From assembly GCA_965240325.2 (NCBI GenBank), contig OZ251241.1, positions 1,116,001 to 1,180,000 on the forward strand: a stretch of DNA of 64,000 nucleotides. Direction: 5' to 3'. The stretch comes from Rebecca billardiae RCC1528. Its lineage: Eukaryota > Protista > Haptophyta. The translations under genes and the position numbers were made by a program. Each line of letters begins with the position of its first letter. Within the stretch, counting starts at the first letter, position 1. Shown here piece after piece: positions 47,146 to 60,608 of the stretch. The notes beneath the pieces are model-generated. The model was not told where the DNA came from and did no database searches. It saw only the letters and a list, made by a program, of their open reading frames with translations.

Positions 47146-48897
47146 ATGGGGGCGTGCACGTCGGCACCCAGAGGTGACGGTACCGCCCCGGCAAGGGCCA
47201 GGGATACTCGCCGCGTCGCTCCGGAAGCTGCTGATCGGGACGCGCAGGGCACCTGGCGCCTCAAGCGCTCGAAGCGCGCAGTGCTCGCGATCGACGGCGG
47301 TGGGCTGCGTGGCGTGATCGCGCTGTGCGTGCTCGAGGTGCTCGAGGATGAGCTGCGCAAGCAGAGCGGAATTCCCGACCTGATGATTGGCGAGGCGTTC
47401 GATATCATCGCAGGCACCTCCACCGGCGCCATCCTCGCGTCTTACCTCACGGCGTACAAGTGCGACGGCCTCCCGGCGCGCGAGAACGAGCTCGCGCGTC
47501 GGCTTGACGGCTCGGCTCGGATGGGGCTCGAGATGTACCGCTCGCTGGCGCCGACGATCTTCCCCCCGGCGGAGCGGCGCGGCACCGTCACCTCGCTCCT
47601 CTTCGGCCCGCGCTTCAACGCGGGCGGCATCGACAAGGCCCTCGCGTCCGTGTTTGATCACGCGCTCAGCTTCAAGCGATTTGCCAAGGTGAAGACGGAG
47701 AACGAGGTGGCGTCGCTCATGATCGTCTCGTTCGACATGGTGCACGGCAGGCCGTGCGCGTTCGTCGGCGACCGGCGGCTGCGCACCTTCGAGTTTGTCC
47801 GGCTCGATCCTTTCATCACGCCCTTTTTGCCAATTGAGGACGGCGTGAGCGACAAGCGACTGGACGTGCTGCGCGCGCGGCTCGAGTCGATGCCCGCCGA
47901 GCACCGCGCGATGTTTGGCGAGCAGGGCATGAACCTGTTCAACGTGGGCGACTCGGACTTTGTGGGCTTCGTGCTGAGCAAGGAAGAGCAGACCTCTGGG
48001 AACGCCACGGCAGATGCAGAGGCGCTTGTTGCGGAGCGCCTGCAGGCGCGCCGCGCGTCCGCCAACGTGCGCAGCGGTGACTGCACCAAGCGGATCTGGG
48101 CAGCGGACGCGGATACGCCGGTGTGGCACGCGATCAGGTGCAGCTCAGCCGCGCCGACGTTCTTCCCGCCCGCGCGCATCAAGGACTTCTACATCGCCGA
48201 CGACAACGGCGAGCGCATGGATCTCGTGTGCACCGACGGCGGCGTCGCCGCAAACAACCCGGCCGCGATCGCACTGCAGTATCTCAAGGCGCGAGATGGC
48301 TCGACGGCCACCACAGCCGCCTCGGCGAGCCGGCATCCGCTCGAGGACTACGTCGTGCTCTCGATCGGCTGCGGCGCGATGTACGGGCTGCAGGACGCGA
48401 ACAAGTCGGGCGAGAAGCAGTCGACGCTCGACTGGATCCTCGGCGACAGCTCGATCATCCAGATCCTTGTGCGCGCGCGCGGACCAGCGCCCGTGAGGCC
48501 CGCGGCGCGTGCGGAGGCATGTGCGCACTGCGCAGGCTGACGGGCGTGCGCGCGGCGCGCGAGCGCGCAGATGAACAACCTGCCCGCACTCGCGCACGCA
48601 GATCTCGACGCGCGCTACTCTCAGATGGCGCAGCAGCTGGGCCAGGAGCGGCTCAGCCAGTACCTGCGCATCCAGCTCGCCATCGACAAGCTCGCCCAGC
48701 CGGGCGAGGCGGGGTATGCGCCCAAGGAGGTGGTCGATGCCGTCAACGAGATCGACAACCCGAACAACGTGGAGAAGATGGTCAAGGTCGGCCGCGCGTT
48801 CGCAGAGCTGTACCGCCCGCTCATCGCCGACTTTGTGGGCAGGTACTTGGTTGAGCCACGCGCAGCGGCAGCACCGACACCAACTCCGCCGAGTTGA
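47146..48897 (+). CDS. Patatin-like phospholipase, copy 1 (2 exons)
   Basis: DGGGLRG, GTSTG, SSAAPTFF and DGG motifs; intron 48469-48570. Confidence 0.92.
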
Positions 48898-49575
48898 CGA
48901 CGCGTGACGGTCCGCGTGGAGCTGCCGGACCCGACCATGATGCATTCTTAAGCAAGTGTAAAAGTACTTGACTACGGACTACTACTACGGTAGCAGCAAC
49001 CACCTAACGCCGGCTGGCGGCCCCGGCCGGGCCTCGCGCGGGCATAAAGGATGGCCGCTTCTGAACCTGTGATGGAGGCCCTGCCGCACGCGCCCGTGCG
49101 CGGCGAGGGGTGGAGACTGGAGTGCGGGGCTGGCGGGCGTCAGGGTCGCCTCGAGAGGGTCGATGAGTCCCCCGCCCAAGCGAGGGCCACCCGCTCAGTC
49201 GGCCTCTCCGCGTCGCGCGCGTCGTCGGCGCGCGGGTGCTTTCGAGCCCTTGTGAAGGCACGCCGAGGTACGAGCAGTCGGCCACAGTGCGCTGATGCGG
49301 CCGCGACACTGGCGGAGCAGCCGCCAGCTCTCGCCCTTTTCTCAGTTCTTCAAGAACGGATTTTTCCTGCTCAAGTTTGTGGTACACGACTGGTCGTACC
49401 TGGGCTTGCCTTCACCTTCGGTACCAGACGTGGCGCAAAGCGGTCATCCTTTACTTATGCAGGCCGTCCGGACCACGCCAAAGGCAATTTGCCAAGGGCG
49501 CGCGGCCGGCCTCTCGGCGGTCACGGCCGCACCGGCGCTCGCCTTTCATCACAACTTCACGCGGCGCGGTGAGCC

Positions 49576-51305
49576 ATGGGGGCGTGCACGTCGGCACCGA
49601 AAGATGACGATACCGCCCCGGCGAGGGCCAGGGATACTCGCCGCGGCTCTGCTGATCGGGACGCGCAGGGCACCTGGCGCCTCAAGCGCTCGAAGCGCGC
49701 AGTGCTCGCGATCGACGGCGGTGGGCTGCGTGGCGTGATCGCGCTGTGCGTGCTCGAGGTGCTCGAGGATGAGCTGCGCAAGCAGAGCGGAATTCCCGAC
49801 CTGATGATTGGCGAGGCGTTCGATATCATCGCAGGCACCTCCACCGGCGCCATCCTCGCGTCTTACCTCACCGCGTACAAGTGCGACGGCCTCCCGGCGC
49901 GCGAGAACGAGCTCGCGCGTCGGCTTGACGGCTCGGCTCGGATGGGGCTCGAGATGTACCGCTCGCTGGCGCCGACGATCTTCCCCCCGGCGGAGCGGCG
50001 CGGCACCGTCACCTCGCTCCTCTTCGGCCCGCGCTTCAACGCGGGCGGCATCGACAAGGCCCTCGCGTCCGTGTTTGATCACGCGCTCAGCTTCAAGCGA
50101 TTTGCCAAGGTGAAGACGGAGAACGAGGTGGCGTCGCTCATGATCGTCTCGTTCGACATGGTGCACGGCAGGCCGTGCGCGTTCGTCGGCGACCGGCGGC
50201 TGCGCACCTTCGAGTTTGTCCGGCTCGACCCGTTCGTCACGCCCTTTTTGCCAATTGAGGACGGCGTGAGCGACAAGCGACTGGACGTGCTGCGCGCGCG
50301 GCTCGAGTCGATGCCCGCCGAGCACCGCGCGATGTTTGGCGAGCAGGGCATGAACCTGTTCAACGTGGGCGACTCGGACTTTGTGGGCTTCGTGCTGAGC
50401 AAGGAAGATCAGACCCCTGGGAAGAAAACTGCCGAGACCGATGCGCTGCTCGAGGAGCACCTGCAGGCGCGCCGCGCGTCCTCCAACTTGCACAGTGGCG
50501 ACTGCACCAAGCGGATCTGGGCGGCAGACGCGGACACGCCGGTGTGGCAAGCGATCCGATGCAGCTCGGCGGCGCCGACGTTCTTCCCGCCCGCGCGCAT
50601 CAAGGACTTCTTCATCGCCGACGACAACGGCGAGCGCATGGACATCGTCTGCACCGACGGCGGCGTCGCCGCGAACAACCCGGCCGCGATCGCACTGCAG
50701 TATCTCAAGGCGCGAGATGGCTCGACGGCTGCCAAGGCCGCCTCGGCGAGCCGGCATCCGCTCGAGGACTACGTCGTGCTCTCGATCGGCTGCGGCGCGA
50801 TGTACGGGCTGCAGGACGCGAACAAGTCGGGCGAGAAGCAGTCGACGCTCGACTGGATCCTCGGCGACAGCTCGATCATCCAGATCCTTGTGCGCGCGCG
50901 CGGACCAACGCCCGCGGCGCCCGCGGCGCGTGCGGAGGCCTCTGCGCGCTGCGCCACCACACAGCGGCGAACCCCTGCGCATGCTGACGGGCGTGCGCGC
51001 GGCGCGCGATCGCGCAGATGAACAACCTGCCCGCACTCGCGCACGCAGATCTCGACGCGCGCTACTCTCAGATGGCGCATCAGCTGGGCCAGGAGCGGCT
51101 TAGCCAGTACCTGCGCATCCAGCTCGCCATCGACAAGCTCGCCCAGCCGGGCCAGGCCGGGTATGCGCCCAAGGAGGTGGTCGATGCCGTCAACGAGATC
51201 GACAACCCGAACAACGTGGAGAAGATGGTCAAGGTCGGCCGCGCGTTCGCGGAGCTGTACCGCCCGCTCATCGCCGACTTTGTGGGAAAGCACTTGGTGC
51301 GTTGA
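49576..51305 (+). CDS. Patatin-like phospholipase, copy 2 (2 exons)
   Basis: Near-identical tandem paralogue; intron 50890-51017. Confidence 0.92.
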
Positions 51306-51603
51306 GCATCGAGCTGACTCGGACCGGGTCCCGGGTATAGCGCCAGTCTGACTGAGTCTGCTTGGGCTCGCCGAATGTTCGCGCTCGGATCGGGCGGGCC
51401 GCGGATCGGACCGGTGTCGCGCCTACCCCGTACCCGGCGCACACGTCGCGCCTCGCGTGATGTCGTCGCCGGCGGTCAGTCGTGTCATTATATCGTCGTC
51501 ATCAGCCATCATGATCATATCGCTTGAAACTTATAGACTAGCCCGTCGTCGTCACGGCACTACACTAGCTTATAGTATTAACTTATAGTTATACTGACTG
51601 TCT

Positions 51604-51604
<1 letters not shown>

Positions 51605-51697
<93 letters not shown>

Positions 51698-51698
51698 G
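51605..51698. repeat. (CA)n(TA)n microsatellite
   Basis: Direct reading. Confidence 0.95.
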
Positions 51699-51829
51699 AG
51701 CGCCGCGCGAGCTAGATCGAGCCGCCCGTGCACAGCTGTGTAAGCTGTCACTCATCACACTGTCAGCTGTCTCAGCTGACACGGTCCCACCGGCCCACCG
51801 GCGCCAGCGCGCGCGCACTAACGAATAAG

Positions 51830-54800
51830 CTACCTGCCCGGCGCGCCGAGGCCAGGTGGCGCACCAGCCGCGCCTGCTCCTCCGCCGCCGCCGTTCGCCG
51901 CGGCCGAGAGCGCAGCCGCGCGCTGGTTGGGCAGCCGCTTGCCGCTGCCGTCGTCGATGTCCTTCTTCTGGTAGTAGTGCGGCGCGATCTCGACGAGCCA
52001 CTCCGAGCGGATCTCGGAGATATTTCGCATGAACTCCTTGGTGGTGAAGACGAGCTCGTGGAAGACGACCCACTTGGGCGGGTCCTTGGCGAGCGAGGAG
52101 GAGGGGTGCACGTGCACGGTCTGCGGGTTCTTGATCGTGCGGTAGTCGGCGCTCGACTGCAGCCGCGCGGTGTTATAAAAGTAGCCGGCGAGTATGGCCT
52201 TGCGCAGCCCGTCCGCGTCCGCGCTCGCCGCCGGCACGTCGACGTTGAGCTCGACGCGCTCGCACAGCCGCTCGAGCTGCTCGTGGATGTCGCGCGCGCG
52301 GCGCATCGAGCGCACCTGGATGAAGTTGTCGTAGCACCACTGCGTCGAGTAGTTGCTCTCGACCCACGTCGCGTACACGTGCAGCATCGTCGGGTGGTCG
52401 CCTCCGGAGCTGCGCGCGGCACGCGCCGGCGCGGCGGGGGGGCGGGCGCGGGGCGGAGACGGGGTTGAGCGGAGTCGGGCGCGGCGCGGGTGGCGCGCCG
52501 CCGATCGGCGCCGGCGCGCGCACGCCGCGCGCGCGCGCACCGGTTGAACGCGATGCGCGCGTTGTCCGCGTGCACCGCGCGGTCCTTGGGCCTGTAGAAG
52601 ACCGAGTTGCCGATCGAGAGCATCGCGCACACGCCGAGCGCGCCCTCCACCACGCCGTATTTGGACGCGGCGAGCAGCACCTTCGCCATCTGCGGGTCGA
52701 GCGGGAACTCCGCCATCTGCCGGCCGAGCTTGGTGAGCTCGCCGCGGTCGTTGAGCGCGCCGAGCGCGTACAGCTGCTCGAGCGCGCGGATCAGCGTCTC
52801 GGCGGGCGGCGGGTCCATGAAGTCGAAGTGGAGCAGGTCGTTGATGCCAAGTGACTTGAGCAGGAGCACGACGTTGCCCAGGTTGGTGCGCTGGATCTCG
52901 GGGATCACGTTGTCCTCGAGCTCGTTGAGGTACGCCCACTTGGTGTACAGCCGGAAGCACTTGCCCGGCGCCACGCGGCCCGAGCGGCCGGCGCGCTGGT
53001 TCGCCTGCGAGCGCGCGCACGGCGTGACGATCAGCGACTCGACGCCCGTGCGCGGGTTGTACGAGTTCATCTTGACAAAGCCCGGGTCGATCACGTAGAC
53101 GATGTTGTCGATGGTGATCGAGGTCTCGGCGATGTTGGTCGCGAGCACGACCTTGCGCGCGTTCGGCGGCGTCGGCTCGAAGATCTTCGCCTGCATGTCC
53201 GACGGCAGGTTGGCGTAGATCGGCAGCACGATCATCTCGCGGATCTTGGTGCCGAAGCCGCGCGTGCGGTGCTGCAGCGCCTCCATCGCCGACTCGATCT
53301 CCTCCTGCCCCGAGAAGAAGACAAGCACGTCGCCGGGCGGCTGCGTGATGTGGATCTGGAGCGCGGTGACGATCGCCGCCTCCATGTAGTCCGCCTCGGG
53401 CGCCTTCGTGTACATGATGTCCACCGGGTACCGCCGCCCCGGGATGTTAAAGATGGGCGCGCCGTCAAAGTACTCGCTGAACTTTGCGGCGTCGAGCGTC
53501 GCGGACGAGATGAGCAGCTTGAGCTCCGGGCGGAAGCGCGCGACGTCCTTGAGCAGGCCGAAGAGCACGTCGGTGTGGAGGGTGCGCTCGTGCGCCTCGT
53601 CCAGCATCATCACCGAGTACCCGCCCAGGTCGGGCTCCGAGAGGAACTCGCGCAGCAGCATGCCGTCGGTCATGTACTTGAGCACCGTCCGCTCGGACGT
53701 GCAGTCCTCGAAGCGGATCGAGTACCCGACCTCGTGGCCCAGCTTGACGCCGAGCTCGTCGGCGACGCGCTTGGCGACGGACATCGCGGCGACGCGGCGG
53801 GGCTGCGTGCACCCCACCTTGAGCCCGTCCCGCGTGTACCCCGCCTCGTGCATGTACTGCGGGATCTGCGTCGTCTTGCCCGAGCCGGTCTCGCCCACAA
53901 TCACGATGCACTGATACTCGGCCACAGCCGCAAGCAGCTCGTCGCGGTACGGGAAGATGGGCAGGGAGGCACGCTCGGCGGCGGTGGCCTCCTTGCTCGA
54001 GAGCGCGCGCGGCGGCGCCTTCTGCTTCGCCTTCGCCTCCGCGTCGAGGTTCCCCGCGATCACCTCGTCCATCACGAACGCGATCTGGTCCTCGAGCTCG
54101 AGCATCGCCAGCTCTCCCTGGCTCCCCTCCGCGCCCTTGCGCCCGGCGCGCGCGCCCACCTTGGCCGTCGCCTTGCCGATCTGCGCGTCCTCCCACTGCT
54201 CCTGCTCGGTCTTCTCGACGGGCGCGTCGTCGGCGTACCGCGCGTGCAGCAGCTCGTACCGCTTCTCTCGCGCGCCCGCGTCCGCGCCGTCGCCGTCGTA
54301 CGCGTCGGGCATCCGATAACGGTCGTCTGTCTGCACCGACTGCACGCGCTCGGACGCGAGGGCGTACAACTGCTTCTTGAGCTCGAGGTCGGCGCGCTCG
54401 CGCGCGGTGAGCTGCTGGCCGGCGAAGAGGAACTCCTCGTCGGCGATGTCGTCGCGCGCCTCCTCCAGCTTCCGCGCCTCGCGCTCCTGCAGGTACTTCC
54501 GCCGCGAGGTGCGCCGGAGGTCCTCCAGCACCGCGTCGCGCTCGTCGGGCGCGGCCGCAGACAGCTCCGTCTCGATGCGCCGACGCTCGAGCAGCGCGCC
54601 GCCCTCGGCGCCCGCGAGCTTCTTGGTGCGCTCGAGGTCGCGCTGGCGGAGCCGCTCGGCGAACTCGTCGCGCGCCGCGATGTCCTCGTCGCGCTGCGCG
54701 TCCGCATCCTCCTCGCCGCCCCGGCCGCCGCCGCTGCCTGCTGTCGACTCGTCGCCGGGCGCGGCCGGGGGCGCAGGCTGCGACGCGGCCGCGCCAGAGT

Positions 54801-55278
54801 CCGCGGCTGACGCGTCGGCGGCGGGCTCGACCCTCGCGCGCTTGGTCGCGCCGCTATCGCTCGCCGCACCCGCCGCCGCGCTCGCCGTGCGCCGCGACGG
54901 CTGCGGCGGCGGCACGATGGCGAGCGGCCCGTCCACGTCGTCGTCGTCGTCGTCGTCGTCGAGCATCTCGTACTGCTCGTTGCGCTTGAGCAGCTCCATC
55001 GCCTCCTTGCGCCGCCGCGCCTCCGCGTCCTTCGCGACGCTCGCGCTCGGACCACCCATGCCCGCGCGCGGCACACGCGCCAGCAGGTCGCGCGCGAAGC
55101 GGCGCGTGGCCGCATCGTCCGGCAGGTCGTACGCGCGCAGCTGCGAGACGAGGCCGGCAGCCGTCTTCTCCTTCTTGGCGACGGCGATCACAAAGTCGAC
55201 GAGCACCTTGTTCGAGAGGCCTAGGATGCTGTGCAGCTGCTCGTTCACCCACGGCACGAGGTCGTTGGCTCCGCTCAT
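51830..55278 (-). CDS. DHX16: DEAH-box splicing helicase DHX16/Prp2, 2 exons
   Basis: [32 protein letters not shown] and QRAGR motifs; DHX16-type N-terminus; intron 52410-52540. Confidence 0.93.
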
Positions 55279-55841
55279 CGCGCGCCAGCAAGGTCGGCAC
55301 AATGCCCCGACGCGACGACGGCGCTCAAGACGCCATGTTGCGACAACTCGACAAGGCGGACGACGAATCGACGATGATTTATTTGATTTTCCGCTTTTTC
55401 GCAATTTCGTCGGAGATTCTCGTCGGAATCTTGCGCTGCACTTTTTTTTAATTGACGAACGTTGACGAAGTTGACGAGAGCGCGGGCAAATACTTTTTCG
55501 GAAAGCGTCGCTGGTCGTCATTGTACTTTGTAGATCATCACTCACGGCCACGCCTGATGACATGACGACGGACTCGGACCGCGTGACGTCCTTATACTCC
55601 GAGCGGTTATGACATCAGAGCTCGTGCCACCGCGCATAAACATCGCCAAGCCGCGCGGTGCCAGCTGACGATTGGCTGCGAAGTCTGATTCAGCCGCGTC
55701 TGCGCGATGACGGCGCCGCCGCCGCGTTCGGGCCGCAGCAGCACGGTACTGCGCCCGCAGCAGCCCGAAGCACCGTGAGTACTGCGTGCGGCTCGGCCGC
55801 CGGGCGCAGGGAGAGGCAGCGCGACACGCTGCGAGGGCGCG

Positions 55842-57318
55842 TCATTTGCAGACCATGCAGGTCGTCGCCGAGCCAAGCTGCGCGCTGCCGCTGCGATTCC
55901 TGCATGCCCTCGCGTGCAGCTGCTGGTCGGTGACGCTCAGCCGGTACGCGAGGTTGCACGTCATTGACTCGCGGTACGGGCAGTAGTTGTCGTGCAGCGA
56001 GACGATCTCGCTCGCGTACCTGTAGTAGCTCGAGGGGCGCACGATGATGCAGAAGCGGATCGCTCGCAAGAACGCCATCTCGATCTCGTGCAGGTACGAC
56101 GAGTCCAGCGGGTACATCCGCAGCCTGTTCACAAAGTCGCCGAGCCAGACGGCCTCGTCGTAGTGCGTCTTGGCGGCGACAATGATCGCGGCGAGCAGCA
56201 CCGACTGCCAGTTGGTCTCGGTCAGCACCAGCCCGGAGCAGCGGCATGCGCGCTCCATCAGGATGACGGCAGAGACCAGGAGCTCCTCGTCCAGCTGCAG
56301 GTTGATCATCACGATGACGACGAAGCGGTAGATCCACTCCGGGTTGACCCCCTCCACGCCCGAGAGCGACTCGCACTCAAACGCGTCCGCCTCCTGAGCG
56401 CGCGCGGGAGAGTGGGGAGGCGGGGTGCGGGTGGTGGTGGTGGTGAGCGGCACGGCGCGGCGGCGCGAGGGGGCGCGCGGCGGTGCGCGCGCGCACCGCG
56501 AACGTCTGCTCCGGCGGGTTCCCGCTCGAGCGCCCCGCGTGCACGTGCAGGAAGGTGACCATGCCCACGCCCATCGCGGTGATGTGGAGTGGCGTGGGGC
56601 CCTCCTTGGGCGGCGGCAGCCCCGTGAGCATGATCACGCCGCGAGCCTTGGCGCGGTAGTTGGCGGCGAGCTCGCGGTCGGCGTGCCACAAGCGCTCGTG
56701 CGGCTTGCGCTTCAGGTGCGTGAACAGCCGGCCGAGCTCGAGCGTGTTCACCGGCTTGCGCAGCACCGCGCGCGCGCCCACCTTGGCGTACCAGACGAGC
56801 TCATCCGAAGACGGCCACTTGTCCGTGACGAGCACGACGCTCGCCGGCCACGACGTCGACTTGAGCTCGGTGATGAGGGTCTCGCCGCCCTCCTCGCCAC
56901 CGCTCTCCGCCTCGCACACGATCTGGTCGAACGTGATGCACCCGTTCGCGCCGATGTCCTCCTCGAGGACACCGAGCGCGTCGTTGACCGACGTGCTCCC
57001 CGTCGTGCGCACGCCCATCGCCTGGAGCGCGGAGGTGGTGTGCTGCACGAAGGCCTCGTCGGTGCCGACGACGAGGGCGGATGTGGTTTCTGAGAGCAGG
57101 CTCGGCACCGAAGGCGGCGCCGTCAACGCCGAGCTCACGCCGCGCCTCGGCAGCTCCGACGAGTTGGCACCATTGGCAATCGTCAGCTTCGACATGCCAA
57201 TCACATCGGGGTCCGACTCGGCCGGTGGCAGGAGCGTGGGCGTGACGTACACGCTCTTCTTCTTCGAGCTGATGTCAGCCTTCCCCACCGACGGCACCGC
57301 CGCGCCGCCCGAGCCCAT
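55842..57318 (-). CDS. Pseudo-receiver (REC-like) domain fused to a cyclin-Y-like cyclin, 2 exons
   Basis: REC pattern ALVV..D, FDQIVCE, VVLVT, GA..VLRKPV; phase-0 intron 56394-56496; cyclin box NW..VLLAAIIVAAK..YD and E..FL. Confidence 0.8.
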
Positions 57319-59458
57319 CGTGTCCGAGGCGTCTGCGCCCCTCCGAGAGGGCCGGCCCTGCTCCCTTCGCACCTTCCCACTTCCCTCGGCCCCGGCTTGG
57401 CGCAATAATCGGCCGCCACTTGTACAGACTCCGCGTCGGTGGGGAGGCCGCCCAGGTTTCCCACTAAGCTCATGAACAGGCTCCAGCCAATCACAGGCCA
57501 GACGCGTTCGACGAGCTCTCAGTTCGACCCGTCGACGAAATAACGTACTTGTACGAATCTGAGTCCTCATTCTCAACTGTCAGTGGCAGCTCACCTGTTC
57601 TTGATTGGGTAATTAGTAGGTGAGATCGGTGCCGGCTCTATGCTCGAATAACGAAACCGGCCATCGATACTAATCGTAGTCTTATGTAATATCTTACCGT
57701 TCAACTTTGAGATACGCCTAATGGCCGTATCAGAGGTCGCTCAGATTCCGCTGATGACTAAAGTATGACAGTAGGTGAATAGGCAATAGGGTTGTCGTTT
57801 AAAATGGTTCCATCAATTAACGGTCCACGTACCCGCTTGTCCGGGCCCGGGTTGTGAATGGGGCGGAAAGTCCGGATCCTGGTCCACCCCACACAAAAAA
57901 AGACGATGCTGCCGCGCCCGCCCCCTGTCCGCGCGTGTGATGCAGTATACGTGCACCGGTGTGCTGCCTTGCTCACCCGTGCTCGTCGCTTGCGCTGATC
58001 ACGCGGCCGGCACGAAGTTGTGCTCAGTGAGCGAGTACCGACTGAAGCCGCCAAGCGTTTGTGTGAGATGATGCCGCTCTCTCAACGCTTCACCATCTCC
58101 ATGGTAGAGTCCCATCGCATGTTCCAGGGCACTTCGAAGCACTCACGCTGCTCCTTGGTGTATTCGCCCCGCTCAAACAGGTGTTTCGAACTGAACCCAA
58201 ACTGCGTCCCCCAGATTGGTGTCATATGCTTAGTAGTCAGATCGGCATGCGTGCTCCTCCGGAGAACGCAGCTGTAGGGGAGGGTGCGCGGCAGGAGCAA
58301 TGGCAGACATCATGTAGCGACGGCCCAACTGTCGTCTCACCGAGCGGCACAACTGCTCGTAACTGCAGCCAGCCGCACGTTCAGCTCACCGCTCAAGCGC
58401 AAGCGACGAGCGCATGGGCGAGCCGAACAGCATTCGGACAGCACGCCGCAGTGCTGGGTGCATGCGAGTACTGGCATCACACGCGCGCACTAACTGTCAT
58501 ATTGAGAGTCATCAGTCCGATTCAAGTGCACCGATGGGACGTTCATACTACAGTTCTGATAGTGAGTTTACTGCTGCTATGAGTGTTAACGTGCACACCG
58601 TTATTGGCGTTAACAGTGGTTAAGGCGTGATTGACGCTAGCCAACACTGGCACAAAGCAGACATCGCCACGAAATTAGACCGGCGCAGGCAGGCGAGGGG
58701 CGCGTTGCCGCACCTCACTCATCGTCATCGAGTACCTGGCCGGCCCCGTCCGTGTTAGGCGGCGTGTCCAAAATAACTCATCGTAGTTTAGTCATCACTG
58801 TAGTGTTTTTTTACTTTTTACGTATATATATATATATATATGTATCATAATAAAACCGATGTAACGGCCATTACTCTGGCGCGGATTAATGTGTGCCATG
58901 TGAAACGGTGGGTGCAGGCGGGTGCAGGCGCTGCGACGCGTCTGAGTGCTGACAAGATGCCTTTGCGCTAGGTCTGCTAAGCTACATGCACTGTTACACC
59001 AACACCTTATAATCATTGTTGAGTAAACTACTGACCGGTGCTTAATAATCGACTGATTCTCGCCGTCGAACGCTCCGACTCACGGTCAGCTTCGTCGCCG
59101 GTCAGATGCCATAACGATTAACGGATGAGCAGGTCTCACGCCGCCGACGGCGTCGTGCGGACGGCGCAGGGTGCCAGCGGCTGCGCCCGTGTAGAGTTGC
59201 GCCGCTTGCATTTGCAATACTCGACGTCTGCTGGTGACCACGGCCTGGCAGCGCACCTGGTCCTGCGACTGGCGCGCGGTCGCGCCGGCCGTCCGACGCC
59301 GTGCAGGGAAGACGCTCCACAATCATCCACACGTCGACATCAGCGCGACTCCGGCGTCGCAGCTGTCGCCATCGCCCCGCATGGCCGTCGCGTGCAGGAC
59401 CTTCGCGCGGGCTGCGCGCCATAGGGGCTGCCTGCGCACACTGGCGCCGATACGACGG

Positions 59459-60313
59459 TCATAGCCTGGGGCCGTTGCCTGCCCAGAACCGATGCATGAG
59501 CCGGTCGGCCATCTCGGAGTCCGCGATGCGCAAGGAGAGCAGCACATCGCGCCACAGCGGGAGGAGGTGCGCGAACGCCGCCTCAGTCGGCGCGATGAAC
59601 GACGCGTTGAAGCCAAAGCGCGTGTAGCCGTGCGAGGTGGGGAGCGCATCGAGTCGTATGCCGCGCGCCTCGAGCTGCCGGCCTTCGAGGCGGGCACCGT
59701 GCACGTCGTTGGTCGAGCTGATGAGCCACTCGTAGCATGGCAGCCCGCCTATGGTGACCTCGGCCAGCGGGCCCTGCTCCCACGCCAGCACGAGATAGTC
59801 GTCGCCCGCAATGATCGGCATGCTCGTGCGCTGGAACGTGTCGGCCAGGCGGGCGCGGAACATCTCGGCGTACTGGGGCGAGTCGACCTGCGAGGCCATG
59901 GGCGCGAACGAGAAGAAGAACACCGTCGAGAGCATGTCTAGGCACGCGTCCACGCGCACGACGCCTGTCCACCTGCTCACCTCCACATGCCACTCGCCAT
60001 TGTCGGGAATGTCGAGCGCGATCCAGCCCAAGTCGACGCGGCGCACCGGCGATCGCGAGCGGCCAAGGCAGGCGAGGTAGGCCGACGAGCTGATCATGTC
60101 GGCCACATCCTGGAGCCCGAGGTCGCGGTCGACGGCGCGCTGGCGTACGGACGCGCGCAGCACGCCGAACTGCCGGCTGAGCTCAGCCGCCTGCTCGCGG
60201 CCGGCGTTGCTCTGCGGCCGCTTGGTGCGCGCGCGCTTCGAGATAGCCGAGACGGCATCGAAATTCGCAAGGCCGCTGCGTGAGTCGACGCTCGCCGAGC
60301 ACGCATGGCCCAT
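59459..60313 (-). CDS. Hypothetical protein
   Basis: Globular-looking ORF with coding-like codon use and an MGHACS start. Confidence 0.55.
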   Translation of the reverse strand: MGHACSASVDSRSGLANFDAVSAISKRARTKRPQSNAGREQAAELSRQFGVLRASVRQRAVDRDLGLQDVADMISSSAYLACLGRSRSPVRRVDLGWIALDIPDNGEWHVEVSRWTGVVRVDACLDMLSTVFFFSFAPMASQVDSPQYAEMFRARLADTFQRTSMPIIAGDDYLVLAWEQGPLAEVTIGGLPCYEWLISSTNDVHGARLEGRQLEARGIRLDALPTSHGYTRFGFNASFIAPTEAAFAHLLPLWRDVLLSLRIADSEMADRLMHRFWAGNGPRL

Positions 60314-60608
60314 CGACGCACCACTCCAGAGGCGCTTTAGCCACACCACCCGCCCGGGTCAGCTGTGAGCCACCATCCCGCAGCACATCTGCAAATAACT
60401 AAGCCGCACGTTCGCGAATCTACTGTCACGTTAAAACATAGCGTAGTAGTTTACAAACATCTCGCCTGCCACCTGAGCTGTGTGCGTCTCTTATTCTTAG
60501 TAAACTGTATGTTATTCATACAGTCGTTGGAACTTGAGCGGCCACCTACGGCGGCCCCGCCATTCAGCCGATTCAGACCGACGATCGCGGGCGTCATTCG
60601 CCGCAATA

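Noticed and set aside
49004-49500. Possible zinc-knuckle/TE fragment between the patatins
   Set aside because: Only a weak H..R....CP hint, with no ends or intact frame.
57760-58620. Possible gene or hAT relic
   Set aside because: Short broken ORFs; a TAGGGTTG start without a matching second TIR.
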